A stretch of 8,450 nucleotides of DNA from a virus (IMGVR_UViG_3300029467_000119:1-8450); one strand, 5' to 3'. Positions 1-7,262 are shown, counted from the stretch's first letter. Notes: generated by a model from the letters alone, not told the origin. Translations and numbers: made by a program.

Positions 1-483
1 ATGACGAAGAAAAAAGCACATAAACTTGGTTCAGCGACCATCGCGCTTAACAAGCGCGCCCGTCACGAATACTTTATCGAAGAAGAGTTCGAAGCGGGAC
101 TTGCCCTGCAAGGCTGGGAGGTTAAATCCCTGCGCGCAGGAAAAGCCAATATCAGCGACAGCTACGTCCTTCTGCGTGACGGAGAGGCATTTCTGTTTGG
201 CGCTAACATCACGCCAATGGCCGTGGCCTCCACGCATGTGGTGTGCGATCCTACCCGTACCCGCAAGTTACTTCTCAACCAGCGCGAACTGGACTCATTG
301 TACGGTCGCGTCAATCGAGAAGGCTATACCGTAGTGGCGCTCTCCCTATACTGGAAAAATGCCTGGTGCAAAGTGAAAATCGGCGTCGCCAAAGGTAAGA
401 AACAGCACGATAAACGTTCAGACATCAAAGAACGCGAATGGCAGGTGGATAAAGCGCGTATCATGAAAAACGCCCACCGTTAA
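1..483 (+). CDS. smpB: SsrA-binding protein SmpB (trans-translation)
   Basis: 160-aa ORF from ATG at 1 to TAA at 481-483. The translation (MTKKKAHK...[36 protein letters not shown]...) is recognised as enterobacterial SmpB, and it sits immediately upstream of ssrA as in the conserved smpB-ssrA arrangement. Confidence 0.97.
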   Translation: MTKKKAHKLGSATIALNKRARHEYFIEEEFEAGLALQGWEVKSLRAGKANISDSYVLLRDGEAFLFGANITPMAVASTHVVCDPTRTRKLLLNQRELDSLYGRVNREGYTVVALSLYWKNAWCKVKIGVAKGKKQHDKRSDIKEREWQVDKARIMKNAHR

Positions 484-674
484 ACCTGTAGTCCAATTAT
501 TGACCAGTTCCTCACCGCGCCTCCCTCTCCGGCGGCGCGAATGAACATCTTATTGGCTATCACATCCGACACAAATGTTGCCATCCCATTGCTTAATCGA
601 ATAAAAATCAGGCTACATGGGTGCTAAATCTTTAATGATAACGCCATTGAGGCTGGTCATGGCGCTCATAAATC

Positions 675-691
675 TGGTATACTTACCGTTA
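675..691 (+). promoter_or_regulatory. Candidate ssrA promoter: extended -10 element TGgTATACT (675..683), predicted precursor start about 7 nt before the mature 5' end
   Basis: TG at 675-676, one base, then TATACT at 678-683, positioned 15-20 nt upstream of the mature tmRNA 5' end at 698. No good -35 hexamer at 17-bp spacing, which is consistent with an extended -10 promoter. Read by eye only. Confidence 0.45.
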
Positions 692-697
692 CACATT

Positions 698-1060
698 GGG
701 GCTGATTCTGGATTCGACGGGATTTGCGAAACCCAAGGTGCATGCCGAGGGGCGGTTGGCCTCGTAAAAAGCCGCAAAAAATAGTCGCAAACGACGAAAA
801 CTACGCTTTAGCAGCTTAATAACCTGCTTAGAGCCCTCTCTCCCTAGCCTCCGCTCTTAGGACGGGGATCAAGAGAGGTCAAACCCAAAAGAGATCGCGT
901 GGAAGCCCTGCCTGGGGTTGAAGCGTTAAAACTTAATCAGGCTAGTTTGTTAGTGGCGTGTCCGTCCGCAGCTGGCAAGCGAATGTAAAGACTGACTAAG
1001 CATGTAGTACCGAGGATGTAGGAATTTCGGACGCGGGTTCAACTCCCGCCAGCTCCACCA
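698..1060 (+). ncRNA. ssrA: tmRNA (SsrA, 10Sa RNA), complete 363 nt
   Basis: Begins GGGGCTGATTCTGGATTCGACGGG at 698 and ends GGTTCAACTCCCGCCAGCTCCACCA at 1060 (tRNA-Ala-like acceptor/T-arm with CCA). Contains the internal tag reading frame and matches the length of E. coli tmRNA. Confidence 0.97.
787..819 (+). other. tmRNA tag-peptide reading frame (resume codon GCA at 787; encodes ANDENYALAA; TAA at 817-819 followed by a second TAA at 820-822)
   Basis: GCA AAC GAC GAA AAC TAC GCT TTA GCA GCT TAA TAA read directly from the sequence. This is the canonical enterobacterial degradation tag. Confidence 0.92.
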
Positions 1061-1070
1061 AATAAATCAA

Positions 1071-1099
1071 GGGGTTACGTGAAAGCGTAGCCCCTTTTT
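1071..1099 (+). terminator. Intrinsic terminator downstream of ssrA
   Basis: Stem GGGGTTACG (1071-1079) pairs with CGTAGCCCC (1085-1093) with one G.U pair, loop TGAAA, followed by TTTTT (1095-1099). Confidence 0.6.
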
Positions 1100-1118
1100 C
1101 TTAGGTAGTGGCGGCAAA

Positions 1119-1157
1119 ATGGCGACAGACTTTTGCGTCCATCTTGCCTGTCGCCAT
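1119..1157. repeat. Perfect 10-bp inverted repeat ATGGCGACAG (1119-1128) / CTGTCGCCAT (1148-1157) with 19-bp spacer; candidate operator or RNA hairpin upstream of the 1184 ORF
   Basis: Read directly. Lies 26 nt upstream of the ATG at 1184. A direct repeat CCATCTTG occurs at 1139-1146 and 1154-1161. Confidence 0.4.
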
Positions 1158-1183
1158 CTTGAAATCATGCAAAGAGGTTTGAC

Positions 1184-1666
1184 ATGGAAGAACTTCACTT
1201 TGTTTACATCAATGCAAATGGTCGTATCGGTGTTCACTCAATACAGAGCATCAGTTATAGCGAAAATCACATACAGGGCATTTGTAAGAACACCGATCGA
1301 ATAAAAACCTTCCGAAAAGACCGCATTCTTAAACAATACGATTCACAAGAACAAGCCATTCAGGAATGCGCGTCATTCCTCCCCGAAAACTACTCACATC
1401 TCACTAAGCAGTCAGGTCCGAAAAAAAATACATTCGATGTGTGTTTCACCGGATTTAAGCAAGCAGATAAAGAAAGGTTGGTTGATAAGGCGAATGAACA
1501 AGGATTAACGGTAAGAACATCTGTAACCCAAAACCTTCAGATGCTCTGTTGCGGTTACAATGCAGGCCCATCAAAAGTATCGGCAGCCAGGATGAAAGGC
1601 ACTATCATCATAGATGAGCCTGGCTTTATACATTTTCTTGAAACGGGTGAGATCCCAGATGAATAA
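1184..1666 (+). CDS. Hypothetical 160-aa protein with WYL-like N-terminal half and BRCT-like C-terminal half (prophage cargo)
   Basis: ATG at 1184 preceded by AAGAGG (1172-1177); TAA at 1664-1666. Residues about 5-48 (FVYINANGRIGVHSIQSISYSENHIQGICKNTDRIKTFRKDRI) fit the WYL-domain pattern ending in R-x-F-R-x-D-R-I. Residues about 84-155 (VCFTGF...ERL...GLTV..SV.....LCCG...GPSK...A...GTIIIDE..F..L) fit a BRCT fold pattern. About 38% GC by hand count of one 60-nt line. Confidence 0.7.
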   Translation: MEELHFVYINANGRIGVHSIQSISYSENHIQGICKNTDRIKTFRKDRILKQYDSQEQAIQECASFLPENYSHLTKQSGPKKNTFDVCFTGFKQADKERLVDKANEQGLTVRTSVTQNLQMLCCGYNAGPSKVSAARMKGTIIIDEPGFIHFLETGEIPDE

Positions 1667-1694
1667 AAACCTGCCGTAGCAGGTTCTCTTTCTT
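1665..1694. terminator. Bidirectional intrinsic terminator shared by the convergent 1184 ORF (+) and ogr (-)
   Basis: Stem ACCTGC (1669-1674), loop CGTA, stem GCAGGT (1679-1684). Flanked by AAAAA (1665-1669), which gives a U-tract for the minus-strand transcript, and by TCTCTTTCTT (1685-1694) for the plus-strand transcript. Confidence 0.6.
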
Positions 1695-1911
1695 AAAAAT
1701 TCATATGGCCCTGACCACCTGGCAATGGATGTGGAGGGGCTGTGGCAATCACTGCAGGTGTCACAATAAACCGGACCACTGTTTCATGGGTAACAAAAGT
1801 GCTCCCGCAGTTAATATTTTGGCACTGGCAGTAACGCTCTTTGGTGCTTTCTGTTACTTGAAAACTGCTCCTTGTGTGCGCCGCATGACCACACTTTGGA
1901 CAATTCATCAT
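1693..1911 (-). CDS. ogr: Ogr/B-family zinc-finger late-gene transcription activator (72 aa)
   Basis: From the second in-frame ATG (1909-1911) the product is 72 aa, MMNCPKCGHAAHTRSS...KERYCQCQNINCGSTF..., with C-x2-C-x22-C-x4-C spacing (Cys 4, 7, 30, 35) typical of P2 Ogr and 186 B. The ORF track's longer 87-aa form begins 45 nt upstream at 1956. Confidence 0.88.
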   Translation of the reverse strand: MMNCPKCGHAAHTRSSFQVTESTKERYCQCQNINCGSTFVTHETVVRFIVTPAVIATAPPHPLPGGQGHMNF

Positions 1912-1979
1912 ATCCAGATCCCTACCTTTGCTATCAGAATCATTGCAATGATACACAAAATATCAATATTGAGAACCAT

Positions 1980-3080
1980 TTATTCCATTTCAAGATCACC
2001 AATTTTCACTTCAAGTTCAATACTGGTCGTAAAACCGTTATCCGGGCTGACGGTATGTGTCAGAGTCGTAATGGTCCATTCCGCATCATCTATTGGCTGT
2101 TTAAAGCCACTGACCTTCACAGGCATTTCCGTGTAGAGATCTGCCCGACCTTCCGCCAGTTGTAGCGAGAATGACGCAACACCGCGTTGCAGGCGTTCCC
2201 ACTGCATTTTCGCCGCTCGTTCGGCGTTGCTCCGGTTGGCATAAGTGCGATTAAGTACCAGCACGTTTTCATCCGTCCCCACCAGATAATCGCCCTGCTT
2301 CGCTTCCGGCTCTTTCTTCTGCTTCTTAGTTCTGCGCTTACGCTTCACCGTGGTGCTTTCTTTCTTCGCGGGTTCGCGGGTATGCAACCAGCTGGCAATG
2401 ACGCCCGTATAGGCTCCGCGATCTGCCAGGGTAAAGCGGTGACTGTCGCCGTCCTTACGCGTGATAGTGATCACCGGCAGTGGTTTACCGCTGGCGCTTT
2501 TGCCCTGTCCCTGCCGGATGAATAACAGATTGCCATTTTTCACCGACGCAATAGCACCGTACTGGCGCGCCAGTCGCATCAGAAAACTGCCGTCACTCTC
2601 ATTGGTCTGGTCTATATGTTCCACGGGTTTATCTGACAGGTCTTTACCCAATGCCATCTTCAGTTTGTGCCGTGCAGCTATTTCCTTCACCACTTCCCCA
2701 ACGGTGGTCTTGTGCCACGACTTTTCACGGCGGGTATTCAGCGTTTCACGAAAATCAGCACTTCGCGCCCGGATAGTCAGGCGGTCCGGTGCGCCAGTGT
2801 GTTCAATCTCGTCCACCGTGAATGCCCCTTTCGGGAAAAGCAGCTGCCCCTTCCAGCCCAGCGCCAGCGTAATAACCGCACCACGGCGCGGCAGCACGAT
2901 TTTTCCGTCGGCGTCGTCCAGCTCCAGATCAAGCTGGTCTGCTTCAAAGCCCCGATTGTCCGTCAGCGTCAAACTCATCAGGCGGTTATCCAGCACAGTG
3001 GTGATATCCCTGCCCTCAATACTGATGCTGAATGCGGGAGTTTTGTTGCCTTTGTTAAGCAGTTCAGAGCTGAAATTCAC
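1980..3080 (-). CDS. D: P2 gpD-like phage tail protein (366 aa)
   Basis: Long ORF whose ATG overlaps the stop of the upstream U gene in an ATGA arrangement at 3077-3080. Recognised as the gpD family by its position in the conserved T-U-D-ogr order and by overall sequence character. Confidence 0.88.
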   Translation of the reverse strand: MNFSSELLNKGNKTPAFSISIEGRDITTVLDNRLMSLTLTDNRGFEADQLDLELDDADGKIVLPRRGAVITLALGWKGQLLFPKGAFTVDEIEHTGAPDRLTIRARSADFRETLNTRREKSWHKTTVGEVVKEIAARHKLKMALGKDLSDKPVEHIDQTNESDGSFLMRLARQYGAIASVKNGNLLFIRQGQGKSASGKPLPVITITRKDGDSHRFTLADRGAYTGVIASWLHTREPAKKESTTVKRKRRTKKQKKEPEAKQGDYLVGTDENVLVLNRTYANRSNAERAAKMQWERLQRGVASFSLQLAEGRADLYTEMPVKVSGFKQPIDDAEWTITTLTHTVSPDNGFTTSIELEVKIGDLEME

Positions 3081-3562
3081 GACAGCAGCCCTCCCACCGT
3101 TTTACTGATATCGCTTAAGGCAGACGTTGCCGTGTCCTGCAGATTATTCAGTTGCGCACTGAGATCACCGAACATATCGGACAGGGATTCATCCACCCGT
3201 TTGAGCGACAGGGTGAACTCAATCCGGCGCGGCATACCGTCGCGGAAAAACTCCGTTTTAGTCTGATTCAGTCCCTCAATCACATACATGCCGTAAATCG
3301 TGCCGCTGCCTTCAATCAGGGGCCATGCTTTCCCCTGTTCTGCCATCTGCTCCAGTACCAGCAACGACAGCCTGCCGCCTGTTATCTCCGGCATAAGAAC
3401 ACCAGAAAGCGTCAGCATGTCGTTGTCCGGTCCCAGAAACTGCGTGGACGGACGTCGGTTGACCCGGCTGTTTGCCGCATGTCGCCAGCTGCGTTGATAC
3501 TGCAGTTCCTGATACGGCACAGTGCGCAGCATAAACACGTACAATCCCAGCACCATCATCAT
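3077..3562 (-). CDS. U: P2 gpU-like phage tail protein (161 aa)
   Basis: ORF MMMVLGLYVFMLRTVPYQELQYQRSWRHAANSRVNRRPST... of the size expected for gpU. Its start overlaps the gpT stop (3559-3562) and its stop overlaps the gpD start, indicating translational coupling within the late tail operon. Confidence 0.88.
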   Translation of the reverse strand: MMMVLGLYVFMLRTVPYQELQYQRSWRHAANSRVNRRPSTQFLGPDNDMLTLSGVLMPEITGGRLSLLVLEQMAEQGKAWPLIEGSGTIYGMYVIEGLNQTKTEFFRDGMPRRIEFTLSLKRVDESLSDMFGDLSAQLNNLQDTATSALSDISKTVGGLLS

Positions 3563-4944
3563 GCGTCGTATCCCCCCTGATCGCTGTAGTTACTCCTGGC
3601 TTTTGCCTTCAGCCTGCGTTCACGTTCATCAAGCTGGCGTGCCACCTCCCGCGCAATATCCTGCGCACTTTGTCCTGGCTGCGTCTGGATGATGATCTGC
3701 GTCGGTGCCTCAATCCGTTGAGCGGGCGGCACAGTGGCTGCACGACTCACCATCGCTTCGCCGCCTTTCGCGGGAAGTGCCAAAGGATGTAACGGCGGAA
3801 GCTCTGCAGGCGCGGCAGCAACGCCCATCATTCCGGCAACAACGGCAGCCAGTGCAGCTGTATTTCTCCGACTGGTCACGTTTGCCGGACCGTTGACAAT
3901 TTCAGGCCCGTTTTCACCGACAATGCCGAACTGCCCGCGCGGGATATAGCCGCCGCTGTCATACATCCCCGCAAAGCCATATCCCCATGACGGAAAACCA
4001 CCCGATGGCATCATCACTTTACCGTCTGCATTCACCGTCGCAGGTTGCTGACGCGTCACGCTTTCCGGCAGTTTCGCCTTTGCAGCCTCTTTACTGACAA
4101 TACCGAGTTTCTCCAGCAACCAGGAAACGCCGGATTTCAGGGAGTCCAACGGATGCATGACCATATTCAGCCCTTCCGCCAGTGCCTCCCCGAATCGTCG
4201 CCCCATTGCCGCTGCGCTCTGCAGTTCGGCAGAGGTCGACTTAACAGGCGTCAGCAGATCAGTAAACCAGCCCCACAACGCCTGTACTTTGTCGCCAATC
4301 CACTGGAACACGGGCTTAAGCGGTTCGAATGCAGCACTGATGGGACCTGCCGCCGCTTTGAATCCTTCCACCACGCCACCGAGAAATGCGGTGATGGGTT
4401 GCCAGTATTTCCAGACAACCAGCGCCACGCCCGCCAGTGCAGTAACCACAAGACCTATCGGACTGAGCAGAGCACCTAACAGACCAGATACGGCATACAG
4501 GGCAACGCGCAGCATCGCCAGCGGACCGGATGCCAGCACACGCAGCACCGCGCCTGCGGCAGCCAGTCCACCGCGTAGTGCTGCCAGTGGATTCATAAAC
4601 ATCACAGCAACCGCACGTAAACCGGATAATCCAGACCGCAACAGTGCAACCGGCACACCTGCTACAGTTTTCAGGACATTCCCCGTCAGTGATGCGGTGC
4701 GGCGCAAAGACGACAACGGCGCAGTAAGTAAACCCGCTGCGTTGCCCGATGAAGCAAGCCCGCGTCGCAGCAGTGCCAGTGGAGCGCCAGCTAACCAGGA
4801 CAACGCGCTGCTGGTTCGTGTTACTGCTGCCGTAACGGAAGGTAACGTTTTGATACCCAGCACAGAGAATCCCAGACGGATGACTGCCAGCGGCCCCAGC
4901 ACTGCAGCCAGCGCCACCGCTAAGGTGCCGAGGCCTACGGTACC
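3559..4944 (-). pseudogene. T: Tail tape-measure protein gpT, 5'-truncated (C-terminal ~461 codons only)
   Basis: Ala/Gly/Leu-rich open frame typical of tape-measure proteins, ending ...ERERRLKAKARSNYSDQGGYDA. The frame is open from the stop at 3559-3561 up to position 4944 and is closed by an in-frame stop at 4945-4947. No ATG is present; the ORF track used GTG at 4915-4917. The length is roughly half that expected for P2-family gpT, recalled as about 800 aa. GC about 75% by hand count of one 60-nt line. Confidence 0.8.
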
Positions 4945-5201
4945 TCATTAATCGGTACACATGGCAGGCAGTGAATCTGTGCCAGAAAACCATCTATCAG
5001 CGTTGAATCTTCAGTCAGATCGGTAAGCAGCCAGATTTCTGGCGCATTGAGCTGATGCGGTTGATCTGGGTTGAGTTTGTTTCGCAGAGTCTGGACATTT
5101 ATTCCTGCACGTTCTGCCAGCTTCGCCATATTGTGACGTAGGGCAAAAGCTCTACAGGCTTCATCAAAATGCGGATGTTTGGAAATCTTATAATCAAACA
5201 T
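4935..5201 (-). CDS. cII: 186-type CII-family regulator, probable N-terminal fragment (88 aa, HTH retained), 3'-truncated at the deletion junction
   Basis: ATG at 5199-5201 preceded by AAGGGGG. The product MFDYKISKHPHFDEACRAFALRHNMAKLAERAGINVQTLRNKLNP... matches the N-terminal half of phage regulatory CII-family proteins, which I recall as about 170 aa. The ORF ends ...PINEVP* exactly where the gpT frame begins. Downstream of apl, as in phage 186. Confidence 0.65.
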   Translation of the reverse strand: MFDYKISKHPHFDEACRAFALRHNMAKLAERAGINVQTLRNKLNPDQPHQLNAPEIWLLTDLTEDSTLIDGFLAQIHCLPCVPINEVP

Positions 5202-5233
5202 GCGGCCCCCTTAGAAAGGTCTCATAATTGAAC

Positions 5234-5482
5234 TTAGTCACCAACGATGACATTAAAGTTGAAATTGGATTGGCCCATTTTTTTCCTGACTTGTTCCTTT
5301 TTGTACTCAAGGTAACGTATACATACTCTGTCTTTCGATTTTTCCTTTTTTTCCAAAAACTTAGCAAGTTTACCATTGTGAATCATTTGATATACCGAAC
5401 CACGAGATCGGCCTTCCCATTCCGCGAACTCTGCAGGGGTCGCCATCACTTTTGGTACACGAATTGAAATGTCGTTGCTCAT
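5234..5482 (-). CDS. Apl/Cox-like excisionase and transcriptional regulator (82 aa)
   Basis: Small ORF transcribed divergently from the CI gene, the position of apl in 186 and cox in P2. The segment TPAEFAEWEGRSRGSVYQMIHNGKLA resembles the Cox DNA-binding region. ATG at 5480-5482, TAA at 5234-5236. Confidence 0.7.
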   Translation of the reverse strand: MSNDISIRVPKVMATPAEFAEWEGRSRGSVYQMIHNGKLAKFLEKKEKSKDRVCIRYLEYKKEQVRKKMGQSNFNFNVIVGD

Positions 5483-5603
5483 AGTGCAGTATCTCTTACT
5501 TTGTGTGCGTTTTAGTTCGTTTTAGCTCGTCTCTTAAAATCTCACATCAAGAGACATGAAGACATTACGATCTTGATTCAAGATTGTCAAATGGAGATTA
5601 CCA
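5483..5603. promoter_or_regulatory. Divergent lysis/lysogeny switch region between apl and CI (presumed pR/pL and operators)
   Basis: 121-bp intergenic region containing a tandem 10-bp repeat TTTAGTTCGT/TTTAGCTCGT (5511-5530), direct GACAT repeats (5553-5557 and 5561-5565) and a 15-bp palindrome ATCTTGATTCAAGAT (5570-5584) about 20 bp upstream of the CI start codon. Exact promoter hexamers were not confidently assigned. Confidence 0.5.
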
Positions 5604-6236
5604 ATGTTAAACATCAGAATGGGTTCCGATACGGGAGGTAAGGCAGCTATTGAGAGGCTGCTTGAGGCTTATGGATTCACAACTAAGCAGGCATTAAGCG
5701 AGCATCTGAATGTCTCAAAAAGCACTATGGCAAACAGAGTGTTACGTGATAGCTTTCCTGCTGACTGGATAATTCAGTGCGCACTAGAAACTGGTGTTTC
5801 GTTGCTTTGGTTAGCAACAGGACAGGGAAGCATGAAAGAAGAATGTGAGCCTGAAAAAAGTTCTCATAATGAGAACAAACTAGCGATTAGACCGTTATCC
5901 AAACTCGTAACTCCATCTATTCCTAAAGGAACCTTGGAGAATGGAAAACTCCGTATTGATGAAAAGATTTTTCTAGACCACAGCATATTACCTGCACATT
6001 ATGAAGAATCGATGTTCTTAGAAACCCCTACTGATTGTTATCTCATCGATAAATCAGTTAAACAAGTCAGCAATGGATTCTGGCTTATCAATATTGATGG
6101 AATGATTATTATTGCAAAAATCATGCGGATTCCCGGCAATAAGATTGTAGTAAATCAAGATGAAGCGTCTTTCGAGTGCTCTGCTGATGATGTGGAAGTT
6201 ATTGGGCGCGCAGTCAAAGTAATAAAGAGTATCTAA
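5604..6236 (+). CDS. cI: Phage 186-type CI immunity repressor (210 aa)
   Basis: ATG at 5604 with GGAGA 5 nt upstream. The N-terminal motif TKQALSEHLNVSKSTMANRVLRDSFPADWIIQCALETGVSLLWLATGQG is characteristic of the phage CI-repressor HTH domain family. The stop at 6234-6236 is followed 2 nt later by the int start, giving a CI-int operon as in 186. Confidence 0.85.
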   Translation: MLNIRMGSDTGGKAAIERLLEAYGFTTKQALSEHLNVSKSTMANRVLRDSFPADWIIQCALETGVSLLWLATGQGSMKEECEPEKSSHNENKLAIRPLSKLVTPSIPKGTLENGKLRIDEKIFLDHSILPAHYEESMFLETPTDCYLIDKSVKQVSNGFWLINIDGMIIIAKIMRIPGNKIVVNQDEASFECSADDVEVIGRAVKVIKSI

Positions 6237-6238
6237 AC

Positions 6239-7255
6239 ATGACTGTCAGAAAACAGCCAAACGGTAAATGGTTGTGTGAGTGCTATCCCAATGGACGCAA
6301 TGGCAAACGCGTACGTAAGCAATTTGCTACGAAAGGCGAAGCCATTGCGTTTGAAAGCTTCACTATGGAAGAGGTGAACAAAAAACCGTGGTTAGGTGAA
6401 AAGGATGATCGGCGGCACCTGTCAGAATTAATTGAGCTGTGGTATTCCCTGTATGGTCGAACTCTCGCTGACCCCAAGCGTTTAATGGCGAAATTAAAAA
6501 TCATTTGTGGTGGACTTGGTGATCCCATAGCCTCTGAATTGACAGCAGGTGATTTCACTAAGTATCGGGAAGCGCGACTAAAAGGTGACGTTAAAAACAT
6601 TGATGGTGTGTTTATGTCGCCGGTTAAGCCTCGAACAGTAAACCTTGAACAACGCAATCTATCATCAGTTTTTGGAACTTTAAAAAAATTAGGCCACTGG
6701 TCCGCCCCCAACCCACTCGCCGGTCTACCAACATTTAAAATTGCAGAGGGCGAACTGGCATTTCTGACACAGGAAGAAATAAAACGCTTGCTGAATGCCT
6801 GTGCTGATTCTCAAAATCCCAGCCTACTTTTGATTGCAAAAATATGCTTAGCCACAGGCGCGCGCTGGAGTGAAGCCGAAAACCTGCAGGGTCATCAGTT
6901 ATCAAAATACCGTATAACTTATACCAAGACAAAGGGCAAGAAAAACCGAACCGTACCTATTTCTCAGGAACTGTACAACGAACTCCCCAAAAAACGAGGG
7001 AAGTTATTCACACCATGCAGAAAAGCCTTTGAACGGGCGGTAAAACGGGCCGGTATCGAACTACCGGAAGGCCAATGCACCCACGTCCTGCGCCATACAT
7101 TTGCCAGCCACTTTATGATGAATGGCGGAAACATACTGGTGCTGCGCGATATTCTAGGACATGCGGATATAAAAATGACGATGATCTACGCTCATTTTTC
7201 TCCAGATCATTTAGAAGACGCGGTGACTAAAAATCCACTAAATTTATTAAAGTGA
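6239..7255 (+). CDS. int: P2-type tyrosine integrase (338 aa)
   Basis: N-terminus ...NGKRVRKQFATKGEAIAFE... and a C-terminal catalytic region with GARWSE (Arg), HVLRHTF (His-x-x-Arg) and MIYAHF (Tyr), typical of P2/186 integrases. Confidence 0.95.
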   Translation: MTVRKQPNGKWLCECYPNGRNGKRVRKQFATKGEAIAFESFTMEEVNKKPWLGEKDDRRHLSELIELWYSLYGRTLADPKRLMAKLKIICGGLGDPIASELTAGDFTKYREARLKGDVKNIDGVFMSPVKPRTVNLEQRNLSSVFGTLKKLGHWSAPNPLAGLPTFKIAEGELAFLTQEEIKRLLNACADSQNPSLLLIAKICLATGARWSEAENLQGHQLSKYRITYTKTKGKKNRTVPISQELYNELPKKRGKLFTPCRKAFERAVKRAGIELPEGQCTHVLRHTFASHFMMNGGNILVLRDILGHADIKMTMIYAHFSPDHLEDAVTKNPLNLLK

Positions 7256-7262
7256 GAAAAGA

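Noticed and set aside
26-334. ORFs 26..334 (+) and 31..237 (-) overlapping smpB
   Set aside because: They lie in alternative frames or antisense inside a well-supported conserved gene, with no independent signals.
516-539. GC-rich hairpin CGCGCC/GGCGCG just downstream of smpB
   Set aside because: It is not followed by a T-tract, so it is not a convincing intrinsic terminator. It may be an RNA structural element of the smpB-ssrA spacer, but I cannot assign a function.
1119-1304. 61-aa ORF starting at the ATG inside the inverted repeat
   Set aside because: It has no ribosome-binding site and overlaps the better-supported 1184 ORF in another frame. The ATG is more likely just part of the repeat sequence.
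1705-3580. Plus-strand ORFs (1705..2136, 1872..2165, 2187..2525, 2461..3108, 2667..3266, 3152..3580, 3300..3497) antisense to ogr, D and U
   Set aside because: They lie antisense to recognisable conserved phage late genes, and their translations are low-complexity with no family resemblance.
3559-4917. Treating the 452-aa GTG-initiated ORF as an intact tape-measure gene
   Set aside because: The frame stays open upstream of the GTG to 4944 with no ATG or RBS, and the length is about half that expected for this family. It abuts the truncated cII fragment, so a 5'-truncated pseudogene is the better reading.
3705-4993. ORFs in other frames within the tape-measure fragment (3705..3896, 3734..3949, 4045..4479, 4157..4951, 4251..4451, 4316..4993)
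   Set aside because: High GC content produces long spurious open frames. Only the minus-strand frame ending at 3559 gives the Ala/Gly/Leu-rich tape-measure-like protein with a recognisable C-terminus.
5194-5467. ORFs 5194..5376 (-) and 5228..5467 (+, TTG start) overlapping the apl/cox-like gene
   Set aside because: They overlap the apl frame, which has phage-family resemblance and correct synteny, and have no signals of their own.
6283-6932. Minus-strand ORFs 6283..6711 and 6735..6932 inside the integrase gene
   Set aside because: They are antisense to a clearly conserved tyrosine integrase.
7200-7262. An Xre-type antitoxin gene upstream of the RES-like gene, as in canonical RES-Xre pairs
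   Set aside because: There is no room for one. The upstream gene is the integrase, ending 7 nt before the ATG, so this is not a canonical two-gene RES-Xre module.
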